Below, in pieces: positions 46,539 through 54,900 of a DNA stretch of 64,000 nucleotides. Under the pieces are notes generated by a model. It had not been told where the DNA came from, did no database searches, and was given only the letters and a program-made list of their open reading frames with translations. The translations under genes and the position numbers were made by a program. The stretch's first letter is position 1, and every line of letters begins with the position of its first letter. Origin of the DNA: Candidatus Kerfeldbacteria bacterium (GTDB lineage Bacteria > Patescibacteriota > Patescibacteriia > UBA9570 > XYC2-FULL-38-9); the NCBI GenBank assembly GCA_043813585.1, contig JBDRKW010000018.1, forward strand, positions 3,352 through 67,351, in the 5' to 3' direction.

Positions 46539-47873
46539 ATGAAATTTAACGACCTCGGGCTGGATCAGCCCATTCTTGATGTGTTGCAGAAGAAGCAGAT
46601 TACAGACCCTACTCCCATTCAGGAGCAGAGTATTCTGCCCATACTTAAAGGCGACGACGTTCTGGGCATTGCCATGACCGGAACAGGCAAGACACTGGCG
46701 TTTGTCATGCCGATTTTGCAGCAATTGGTAAATGAGCGCGCGACAGAAACGGGCGCAGCTCTTATTATTACGCCGACGCGCGAACTCGCAAGCCAGATTG
46801 AAGAGGCAGTGCGCTGGTTTGAGCACGCCACGAAGATGAAATCAACGGTTATCGTCGGGGGAGCGCCCGAAGGCAAGCAGGTGCAGGCGCTGCGGCGCCG
46901 GCCGCAAATTGTTGTTGCCACGCCCGGCCGTTTGCAGGATTTGCTGGACCAAAAAAAGATCCGCCTGAACAACACGAAGCACATTGTTCTTGACGAAGCC
47001 GACCGCATGCTCGATATGGGGTTTGCGCCGCAGATCAACAAGATTTTCCAGCACGTGCCGGGGCCGGAGGAGCGGCAGCTGCTGCTCTTTTCCGCGACCA
47101 TGCCGAACACCATCCTTAAAATGGTGCAGACGATGATGCGCAACCCGGTGCATATTGAAATTGCGCCGTCCGGTTCCACGATTGAGGCAACAAAGCAGGA
47201 GGTCGTAATCATGCAGCAGAACCACCGCAAGGACGCGCTACTGGAATTACTGGACGCCACCAAAGGAACCATCCTGGTCTTTACCAGAACGAAATACCAG
47301 GCGAAGAACATCAACCGATGGTTGCGCGGTAAGAATTACAAATCAGAAGAGCTTCATGGCAACCAGTCATTGCCTCAGCGCAGGCGCGCGCTTGATGCGG
47401 TGATGAAGAAGCGTTCCAGAATATTAATTGCAACTGACATTGCAGCACGCGGAATTGATATTCCGCACATTGAACTGGTGGTCAACTTTATTCTGCCGGA
47501 CAATCCGGAAGACTATGTCCACCGCATCGGACGCACCGGACGCGCGGGCCGTTCAGGCCGGGCCATTTCATTTGTGGCGACAAACCAGGCGGAAGAGCTG
47601 CAGGCCATTCAGAAGGTGATTAATATGCGCATTGAGCAGACGCAGCTGAAAAGCATTCCGGGCGCATCACTGGATCCGACAGCAACACCGCAGCGGAAAG
47701 GCCGCCGGCCTCAAAACCGAAGCGGCGGAGGAGGTAGCTTCAGCCGCAATCAAAACCGCGGTCGGAATAGCGGACAAGGCAGACAGCGCAGCCGCGGCAG
47801 CCAGAGCAACAGCCCAGGCGGCAAAAGACGCAGCCGAAGCGGCTCTGCACCCAAAGCCAGAATCTACACATAA
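46539..47873 (+). CDS. DEAD-box ATP-dependent RNA helicase with RG-rich C-terminal tail
   Basis: Q-motif, GTGKT, DEAD, SAT and HRIGRTGRAG motifs. Tail RKGRRPQNRSGGGGSFSRNQNRGRNSGQGRQRSRG. Confidence 0.9.
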   Translation: MKFNDLGLDQPILDVLQKKQITDPTPIQEQSILPILKGDDVLGIAMTGTGKTLAFVMPILQQLVNERATETGAALIITPTRELASQIEEAVRWFEHATKMKSTVIVGGAPEGKQVQALRRRPQIVVATPGRLQDLLDQKKIRLNNTKHIVLDEADRMLDMGFAPQINKIFQHVPGPEERQLLLFSATMPNTILKMVQTMMRNPVHIEIAPSGSTIEATKQEVVIMQQNHRKDALLELLDATKGTILVFTRTKYQAKNINRWLRGKNYKSEELHGNQSLPQRRRALDAVMKKRSRILIATDIAARGIDIPHIELVVNFILPDNPEDYVHRIGRTGRAGRSGRAISFVATNQAEELQAIQKVINMRIEQTQLKSIPGASLDPTATPQRKGRRPQNRSGGGGSFSRNQNRGRNSGQGRQRSRGSQSNSPGGKRRSRSGSAPKARIYT

Positions 47874-47877
47874 CAAA

Positions 47878-47905
47878 AGCAGCCCCTCGCGGGCTGTTTT
47901 TCCTT
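47878..47905 (+). terminator. terminator after helicase gene
   Basis: AGCCCCTCGCGGGCT followed by GTTTTT. Confidence 0.55.
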
Positions 47906-47908
47906 CTT

Positions 47909-48012
47909 GAGCGGGAATCGAGTCCCTGGGTTGGCGACAGCGTGCCGTAGGCACCCTGCCGATCGTTCGGCTGCACTCTCCGAGCTTGCCTCACTTCCAA
48001 CCCGTTCGATCC
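47909..48012. repeat. about 105-bp element related to 40402-40515 (copy 2)
   Basis: Begins with GAGCGGGAATCGAG, a degenerate tRNA-Gly 3' end. Shared features include GTGCC-N3-GGCAC and CTCACTTCCAACCCGTTC. Next to tRNA-Gly(TCC). Confidence 0.55.
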
Positions 48013-48068
48013 ATCTTTCTACACGATTAAAAAACAGCACCCGTAAGAAAGTGCAGTTTTTCTGAATG

Positions 48069-48140
48069 AGCGGGTAGCGGGAATCGAACCCGCATCTTCA
48101 GGTTGGAAACCTGACATAATAGCCGTTATACTATACCCGC
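48069..48140 (-). tRNA. tRNA-Gly (anticodon TCC)
   Basis: GCGGGTATAGTATAACGG..., perfect anticodon stem TCAGG/CCTGA with loop TTTCCAA, GGTTCGATTCC T-arm; no CCA encoded. Confidence 0.75.
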
Positions 48141-48199
48141 GCGTCGCACATTCGCGCAAAACAGAGTCTACACGGAATAATCATTTTTTTCAAGTGCAG

Positions 48200-48230
48200 G
48201 AATCAAAAAGCCGCCCGAAGGGGCGGCTCT
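48200..48230 (-). terminator. terminator
   Basis: GCCGCCC-GAAG-GGGCGGC with T-run on the minus strand. Confidence 0.55.
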
Positions 48231-48244
48231 TTTCATATATAAGG

Positions 48245-48937
48245 TTACTGTCTTGGGATGATTGTTAGCGGGTCGCTGTATTTTCCCTTATTACTCTTGT
48301 TATAGACGCCCTTCACCTTGATTGTATAAAACTTGGAGGGCCTGAGGTTATTGATCGTCCGCTTTGGATACTGCTTCGTGGTCCCCGAAGTTTTCTTTAT
48401 CAGCTGTATGGTCTTCCCTTTTTCGTTGATCACGCGGACCAGGAAGTAGCGGATCTTGCCGCGCGGTTTTTCCCACTGGATTTGCACTGATTCAGGGTAT
48501 ACGGCGGCGGCGCTCAGGGAATCGACCTTTTCCGGCTTTGTCCGGAATGATTTTGCTTCCGAGAAAACGCCCGGAATCTCGTCGCTGTTAACCGGCTTGA
48601 TGCGCACATAGTACGCTTTGTTGGACTTTTCAAGAATGCGCTCGCCCAGCTTTTTATAGGTGTTCGTGACGTCCGTAAAAATGCCGACCTGCGTGCCGTT
48701 GCGGCCGTACACTTCAACAATATATTTAACCGTATGCTCGCTTGGCGCCCAATGGATGGTTGCCTTATGCGGTTTGCGGTTTTCTATCCAAATATTAGTC
48801 GGGGCTTTTGGAACGGCCTGGTCTTCAACAGCCGCCTGCGCAGGCAGGATGGTGAGCGCCAAAAAAGTCGCGGTCATGCCAAGGGCAGTCAGAGCGCGGG
48901 CGATGAGCGGAAAGTGGTTTAGCAGTTTGTATGTCAT
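48245..48937 (-). CDS. secreted protein with two fibronectin type III-like domains
   Basis: Start at ATG (MTYKLL...signal peptide...AQAA); the listed ORF begins at an upstream GTG. Two about 90-aa beta-sandwich repeats. Confidence 0.55.
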   Translation of the reverse strand: MTYKLLNHFPLIARALTALGMTATFLALTILPAQAAVEDQAVPKAPTNIWIENRKPHKATIHWAPSEHTVKYIVEVYGRNGTQVGIFTDVTNTYKKLGERILEKSNKAYYVRIKPVNSDEIPGVFSEAKSFRTKPEKVDSLSAAAVYPESVQIQWEKPRGKIRYFLVRVINEKGKTIQLIKKTSGTTKQYPKRTINNLRPSKFYTIKVKGVYNKSNKGKYSDPLTIIPRQ

Positions 48938-49043
48938 AGTTATTGTTTTGACGGTGGGTAAAGAATGCGATACGCTACAACAGTTCGACACAGCATAGCA
49001 CACTTTTTACTAAAAGTCAACACTATCATCACGACAACCGCCT

Positions 49044-50042
49044 ATGAAATTACGCGCCATTGCCAAAGAAAAAGAGGTTTCGCTGTACCAGGGAACAAAT
49101 GAAGGCGGTGTGGAACAATACGTCATATCCACGCCGGAGACGCGCGACATTTGCAACGACCCGCTTGTGCTCGGGGTCGACTATACGCGCAAGCTGCAGC
49201 ATGCAACGAACCGCGCCCTGAAAGCGATGAAGGAAGCGAAGCTGATCCGGAGCGACGAGGAGAATGCGGTGGTGTTCCATATCCTGCGCGGCGGCCTGAA
49301 CTTCAACCTGCGCAATGCGCTGCATGACGCGTTCGGGTGGAACAGGCATAACAGCGGCTTCATTTCATCTCAACGTGCGAAGGATGAAAAAGGCGGATGG
49401 TACATTACTGAAAACCGGTACCAGAAAGTCCACATGCCGGACAATGCGCACATCTTCCTCGGCGACGTGGTCGCCACCGGCACCAGCCTGGAGCATGCGC
49501 TGCTGCTGTTGGTTGATATTGCAACCGACCAGAAAAAGGAGATCAGGCAGATTACCTTCTTTACCATAGGCGGCGCCAGGTCGGGAGAGATAGTAAACAA
49601 GGTCGACAAGGAATGCCGCAAGCGGTTTCCGAATTACGAAGGCAGCCAGGTCGTGTATGTCGAAGGCATCTTCGGCGTTGCGGACGAGGACTCCAAATTG
49701 CAGATCCGCCTGACCGGGACTGACCTGTTGCGGTCGGATGCCGTGCTCGCTCCGGAGTTCATCGAGTCGCAGAAGGAGAAGCTGTCATACGCGCTGGAGC
49801 GCTGTACCATTTATGACGCCGGATCGCGCGCGTTCCATATAGATGAGTACCTGAAAGATGTGCTGGAATACTGGAAACAGGTTGCCGACCTGGCGCGAAA
49901 AGGCACCACGCTTGCCGCTTACCTCAAGGAACGGTATCCGGAAGACGAACGCCTTGCTGACGCGGCATGGATAAAAGAAAACGACACCCCGGAAAAACTC
50001 CTGGATGTCGCGAATAGACAGATTAAATTACTCGACGCCTAG
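49044..50042 (+). CDS. phosphoribosyltransferase-fold protein (UPRTase-like) with about 130-aa C-terminal extension
   Basis: FHILRGGLNF and IFLGDVVATGTSLEHAL resemble the UPRT ILRAGL / DPMLATGGS PRPP-binding loops. Confidence 0.5.
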   Translation: MKLRAIAKEKEVSLYQGTNEGGVEQYVISTPETRDICNDPLVLGVDYTRKLQHATNRALKAMKEAKLIRSDEENAVVFHILRGGLNFNLRNALHDAFGWNRHNSGFISSQRAKDEKGGWYITENRYQKVHMPDNAHIFLGDVVATGTSLEHALLLLVDIATDQKKEIRQITFFTIGGARSGEIVNKVDKECRKRFPNYEGSQVVYVEGIFGVADEDSKLQIRLTGTDLLRSDAVLAPEFIESQKEKLSYALERCTIYDAGSRAFHIDEYLKDVLEYWKQVADLARKGTTLAAYLKERYPEDERLADAAWIKENDTPEKLLDVANRQIKLLDA

Positions 50043-50417
50043 CACGCTTTTCACTTTTCTTGTCAGCTCGCCCAGCGACCAGTTGGCTTTAATGATGTAG
50101 TCGTCAACGCCCAGGCGCCGCGCTTCGCGTTCGCTCTCGTCCTTGATCAGGTTGGTGATGATGATGACATGCGCGTTCTTGCCGCTTTCGTCCTGCCTCA
50201 GCCTATTCAGCATCTCCAGCCCGTCCATATTCGGCATCAGGATGTCCAGCAGGATGAGGTCCGGCTTCTGGTTCATAGACATATCCAAACCCTGTACCCC
50301 GTCCTTTGCCTGTAATATCGTAAATCCTTCCCGGCTTAATTTCTCTGTGCTCGCCTCAAGAATAAATGGATCGTCTTCCACAATGAGAATGGTTGGTTTT
50401 TTTTCGTCTGGTGACAT
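50028..50417 (-). CDS. single-domain response regulator (CheY-like receiver)
   Basis: ILIVEDD ... DLILLDILMP ... K receiver motifs; 129 aa; overlaps the upstream gene stop. Confidence 0.8.
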   Translation of the reverse strand: MSPDEKKPTILIVEDDPFILEASTEKLSREGFTILQAKDGVQGLDMSMNQKPDLILLDILMPNMDGLEMLNRLRQDESGKNAHVIIITNLIKDESEREARRLGVDDYIIKANWSLGELTRKVKSVLGVE

Positions 50418-50438
50418 AGAGTGCGATATTAATATTGT

Positions 50439-52736
50439 TTAGGCGAGCTCTGTTGTTCCTTCCCGGTCAATCATGCCGGTTAAAGGGATTGTAACATAAA
50501 ATGTGGTTCCTTTGTTTTCAACAGAATCAAACTCCAGTGTACCGCCGGTTGTATTCATGATCATTTTGGCTATATAGAGCCCCAGGCCCGTGCCCGACGG
50601 GTCAAATGCCGCCGCATTATCAGCGCGGAAAAATTTCTCGAATACCCGCGTCTGCAGTCCGCGCGGAATTCCGATGCCTTTATCGGAAACACTGATAACG
50701 AAGCCGCCGGCATTCTTTTCCAGCTTAACACTTACGCTGCAGCCGTCGGTTGGCGAATAATGGATGGCATTCGCAACAAGGTTAAAGACCACCTGGTGCA
50801 GCAGCACCTCATCAATCTCGGCCTTCGGCAATTTTTTCTTCGGCTTGCTGAACCGCACGGAACATTTCTTTTCCTTCGCCATGCCCTTCAGCTCTGACAG
50901 GATTTCCTGTATGAACGATTCAAGCTGGACCGGTTCCGGCGTCACTTTTATGGTGCCTGCTTCCAGGCGGGCAACATTGAGCAGCTCGTTGACAAGCCGG
51001 ATCACACGGTCGCTTCCCATATTGATCACATCAGTGTAGTGCTTCTGCTTCCTGTTGAGAGGGCCGGTTTGTTTGTCTGCCAGCAGCTCGGTGAACATCT
51101 TAATCGTAGACAGCGGGGTGCGCAGCTGGTGCGAGGCGATCGCGATAAACTCGCTCTTCATGCGGTCGATCTCCTTTTCCTTCGTAATATCGCGGAAGAC
51201 GAAAATTGCGCCGACCGTCTCGCCGGATTGTACGACCGGAGCGATGGACAGGTGAGCGGGGAACGTAGACTTATCGCTGGTTTCCATGCGCAGGGACGTT
51301 GTGGAAAGCATGACGCCTTTGCGCAGGACCTGGTGTATCGGGTGCTCGGATGGCTGTATCGGCTTGCCATCTTCACTGCGTAGCCTCATGTGGCGGGTGA
51401 TCTGCTTACCGATGCATTTTTTGATATCGGCGCACAGCAGTTCGCCGGCTGCATGGTTGATCAGCAAGATTCTCCCTTTATCATCTGTCGCGATCAGGCC
51501 TTCACCCATGCTCATAATGATGGTCTCCATCTTTGCCTTCTCCGACTCAATACGCGTTTTTGCCTGGTCGAGCATCTTCGTGCGGTCCCACACGCGCTCT
51601 TCCATTGTTTCGTATGATGTTTGCAGCTTTGCCGCCATGTTGTTGAATGACTGCGCGAACTGGCCGAACTCATCCCTGGAATGCACCTCGACGCGCCGTG
51701 ACAGGTTGCCTTCGCTGATCTCGTTTGCCACTTGCGCCAGACGGCTGAAGCGGATGGTCAGCAGCCGGCTCAGCAGGAATGCCATGACGAATGCAAACAA
51801 TATTATAAGCGTGACAATGAGGAAAATCGTTTCGCGCATCGTCTGCAGTCCGGCCAGCGCCTCATTTTCGCTGATTTCCACCATGAGGGTCCAGCCGTTC
51901 GGGAGGCAGGCAGATGCGCCTACAACCGGTATACCCATGCTGTTGGCATACACGCCCCGCATATCGCGGCCCAGGGAGCACTCTGCAACAGGGACGGTTT
52001 CGATGGCGCGTTCCAGGATGCCGTTTTCAAGCGACGGCATATCAGAGATTAGGCGACCCTCGCTGTTGGCAAGGTAGATAGCCAGCGTCTGGCGGCGATT
52101 GCGCGCGCTGGTTTCTTTCCCCAGCTCCTTAAGCCGTTCGCCGGACAGCACTTTGTTCAGTTCATCAAGCGCGATATAGTTGGCGATCACGCCGATGTGT
52201 TCGCCTGTGACTTTGTCCGTCAGCGGGGCGGATACAACCATCGAGGGTTCGGCAAAGCCGAAGTGGTCGAGGTAGGCGATGTCCCCGGTGTATGCGGTTC
52301 CATAATCAGCATCCCGCGATGCAGTGAAGCCGGCATGCGTATCTCCCCTGCGGGATAATTCATTCTTGTCTGTCGAGGCGATCACGTTGCCACTGCGGTT
52401 AAACACGTTGATGCCGTAGATGGTTGTTGTGAGCGACTGTTTGTTGTCAATAAGGTGGTTGCTTAACGCGGCTGCCGTTTTTTCATCGCCTTGATGGATT
52501 TGGCCAACGCTGTCGCGGATAAACCCGTCAGATGAAAAATCGACCGCTCGCTTTTCCGCGCTGTTCATAAATTCCAGCACGTAGCCGGCCTCTGTTTCGG
52601 CCGTCAGCTCCAGGTCATGCAGGATCTGTTCGGTCAGATTGGTGCGCGCGGTCTGGTAATTTAAATAACTGTTCGCGAGCGTCGGGATCGTGACCAGGAC
52701 GATGATGTAGATGAGTATCTTTCCTCCCAAATTCAT
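50439..52736 (-). CDS. sensor histidine kinase (periplasmic Cache-like domain, HAMP, PAS, HisKA, HATPase_c)
   Basis: Two TM helices flank an about 270-aa extracytoplasmic domain. H-box IASHQLRTPLS. N, G1 and G2 boxes (DGCSVSVK, DKGIGI, GTGLGL). Confidence 0.85.
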   Translation of the reverse strand: MNLGGKILIYIIVLVTIPTLANSYLNYQTARTNLTEQILHDLELTAETEAGYVLEFMNSAEKRAVDFSSDGFIRDSVGQIHQGDEKTAAALSNHLIDNKQSLTTTIYGINVFNRSGNVIASTDKNELSRRGDTHAGFTASRDADYGTAYTGDIAYLDHFGFAEPSMVVSAPLTDKVTGEHIGVIANYIALDELNKVLSGERLKELGKETSARNRRQTLAIYLANSEGRLISDMPSLENGILERAIETVPVAECSLGRDMRGVYANSMGIPVVGASACLPNGWTLMVEISENEALAGLQTMRETIFLIVTLIILFAFVMAFLLSRLLTIRFSRLAQVANEISEGNLSRRVEVHSRDEFGQFAQSFNNMAAKLQTSYETMEERVWDRTKMLDQAKTRIESEKAKMETIIMSMGEGLIATDDKGRILLINHAAGELLCADIKKCIGKQITRHMRLRSEDGKPIQPSEHPIHQVLRKGVMLSTTSLRMETSDKSTFPAHLSIAPVVQSGETVGAIFVFRDITKEKEIDRMKSEFIAIASHQLRTPLSTIKMFTELLADKQTGPLNRKQKHYTDVINMGSDRVIRLVNELLNVARLEAGTIKVTPEPVQLESFIQEILSELKGMAKEKKCSVRFSKPKKKLPKAEIDEVLLHQVVFNLVANAIHYSPTDGCSVSVKLEKNAGGFVISVSDKGIGIPRGLQTRVFEKFFRADNAAAFDPSGTGLGLYIAKMIMNTTGGTLEFDSVENKGTTFYVTIPLTGMIDREGTTELA

Positions 52737-52790
52737 ATCCGATCCATTATAGCAAAAAAGACGCGTTCAGCGCATCTTTTTGCCTAGCTA

Positions 52791-52861
52791 TCGGGCTGCC
52801 GAGAGTCGAACTCGGGCTGCACCCACCCCATGGGCGCGTACTACCATTATACTACAGCCCG
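52791..52861 (-). tRNA. tRNA-Pro (anticodon GGG)
   Basis: CGGGCTGTAGTATAATGGTAG..., loop ATGGGGT as in E. coli proL; TTCGACT T-loop. Confidence 0.65.
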
Positions 52862-52867
52862 CTGTGC

Positions 52868-54208
52868 CTATTCCGGCAACAGAGACTTTCCTCTATATTT
52901 CATCTGTTTCAGAAACGCAAGCTCTTCTTCGGTTGGGGTATGGTTCTGGATGTCGCGTTTGAACGGACGCCGTTCCACGCCGAGTTTCTGCATTTCGATA
53001 TCAGTCAATGCCGCAAGTGAATCATCCGTATTGCCCAGCGCGCCGTTATAGATGCGCGCAAGATATTCATTGACGAAACGATAGACATCGGTTCTTCGGA
53101 TCATTGCCGCAGGATCATCCCCTTCCTTTTCCATGATTGCAGGATCGTAGCGCTCCAGAATGGCATCCGCAACCGTTTCGATTTCGGATTCTTCAATGCG
53201 ATACTTCCCCGTCAGGTCCATAATGAGTTTGACGATATTCACGCCGTACGCAGTTTCACCGATGGGCTGCTCCTGGTATCGCTCATGGTTATTTTTCAAC
53301 GCCATAATGAGACAGTCCCGCCCAGACGGACCTTCGTACCCTTCCTTCTGGAATCCGTTGTCGTAAAACCAATGGAGTGCCTCATGGGGGAGCGAGTTCG
53401 CAGTGAGCGCATACTTTTCCGCAGTGTTAATACGGTAGTTTTGAATTCGTTTTCGGAGTTCATCAGCGTGCTGTACCAACCATTCCTTTGGAATGTCTGC
53501 AAGTTCGCCGCCGTGCAGGCCTTCATACTGCTCGTAGATTGCCGCCCGCTTTTGTTCATAGAGAGAACGATCGCCGGTCTGGTCGAGTTCGGCCTTGATT
53601 GCCTGCATCTGTTCACTCAACAGCGCAGAAATTGCTTCGTCAAAAATGTAACGCGAAAGATGCGCGCGCTGGTCATCGGCAGAAAGCTCGTGGACCAGGA
53701 TCGACTTGGATTCAATATCATAAAATGCAACGCCGGAAAACAAACCTGCATCAAAAAAGTTGAGCCGGTTGATTGTCGGACGGCCGGGCTCTTCCCTGTA
53801 CTCGCCGCGTTCGCGCGCCGTTTCGATGTTGTTATGGAGCAGGCGGGGGTCGGGGTTGAAGTAATCGTATTTCTGGGTGAGCGGCACAGTCTGGATCACC
53901 AGCGGTTGTTCAATAAACGTGCAGGGAGCGAGTTTATCGCTGATCTCCTTCTCGGTTGGGACGATCCGCTGCTGTTCAAAGCTGTCGAGCTGTGCCGTGA
54001 ATTCCACAAGGATCTCCTGGTATGCGGCTTCCAGTTCAGGGCCGGGCGCTTCTTCGGCTTCTGCGCCGTGCGGCACGGCAACATCAACACCTGTTGCGAG
54101 AGAGAGTCCGAGCGCCGCTTCAGCAGAACGCCGCAAAAACCACCGCCTGCTGTAATCGGGTGTTTCCTGTTCCCTTTGCTTTGGGGGCTTTTTTTCCGGG
54201 TCTTCCAT
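52868..54208 (-). CDS. Tat-signal secreted hypothetical protein (446 aa)
   Basis: Twin-arginine motif SRRWFLRRSAEAALGLSLATG. No catalytic motif recognised. Confidence 0.5.
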   Translation of the reverse strand: MEDPEKKPPKQREQETPDYSRRWFLRRSAEAALGLSLATGVDVAVPHGAEAEEAPGPELEAAYQEILVEFTAQLDSFEQQRIVPTEKEISDKLAPCTFIEQPLVIQTVPLTQKYDYFNPDPRLLHNNIETARERGEYREEPGRPTINRLNFFDAGLFSGVAFYDIESKSILVHELSADDQRAHLSRYIFDEAISALLSEQMQAIKAELDQTGDRSLYEQKRAAIYEQYEGLHGGELADIPKEWLVQHADELRKRIQNYRINTAEKYALTANSLPHEALHWFYDNGFQKEGYEGPSGRDCLIMALKNNHERYQEQPIGETAYGVNIVKLIMDLTGKYRIEESEIETVADAILERYDPAIMEKEGDDPAAMIRRTDVYRFVNEYLARIYNGALGNTDDSLAALTDIEMQKLGVERRPFKRDIQNHTPTEEELAFLKQMKYRGKSLLPE

Positions 54209-54274
54209 ACCAGAACAGTATAGCAGGATGGCTATTTCTGCAAAGAAAAGCTAAGAATGTTGTATTCTGCATTG

Positions 54275-54345
54275 TCGGGCTGCCGAGAATCGAACTCGGG
54301 CTACACCCACCCGAGGGGCGCGTACTACCTTTATACTACAGCCCG
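54275..54345 (-). tRNA. tRNA-Pro (anticodon CGG)
   Basis: Differs from 52791-52861 at only about 8 of 71 positions; loop CTCGGGT. Confidence 0.65.
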
Positions 54346-54371
54346 TTTACGGGGCCGAAGCCCCGAAAACG

Positions 54372-54896
54372 CTATATTCGTTTGATGGCCTTGAGGAATG
54401 CCCAGGCCAGTATACCACCGCCCAGCGCGGTTGCAAGCTGCGGCCAGGAGAGGATTTGCGCGACGGTCGGGGCGAGTTCTGACTTGAGCAGCAGGCCGGT
54501 CACGACAGAACTGGTGAGGAACAGAAACAGGAATTTGACTGCGCTTGCAGAGATCATTCCAAGCCAGAAGTTGCGTTCGCGGAGGTAGCCGAAAATCACC
54601 ACCATGATCGCGTTGCTGATCATGATAAACGGGATCATGGGTGCGAGCGGCGCAGGAAGGAGGCCGACAGAGAGGGCGATAACGCTTGGGATGAGGCCGA
54701 CCATGATGCCCCAGCGCACGCCGAGGATGGCCGTGGCAATGAACAAGACCGCATTCACGATCGGGCCGGTGATGAACTGGTTGCCAATCATCGGTGCGAG
54801 CGTCGCGATGCCTACGAGCGCAGCAAACTGAATAATGGCTCTTATTGCTTCTTTGCCGAGCACTGCCGGCTTGGCCTGTACCTGTGCTTTTTCCAT
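54372..54896 (-). CDS. small polytopic membrane protein (possible ECF-transporter S-component-like)
   Basis: 174 aa with 5 or more hydrophobic helices. Directly downstream of hydA on the same strand. Confidence 0.45.
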   Translation of the reverse strand: MEKAQVQAKPAVLGKEAIRAIIQFAALVGIATLAPMIGNQFITGPIVNAVLFIATAILGVRWGIMVGLIPSVIALSVGLLPAPLAPMIPFIMISNAIMVVIFGYLRERNFWLGMISASAVKFLFLFLTSSVVTGLLLKSELAPTVAQILSWPQLATALGGGILAWAFLKAIKRI

Positions 54897-54900
54897 AGTG

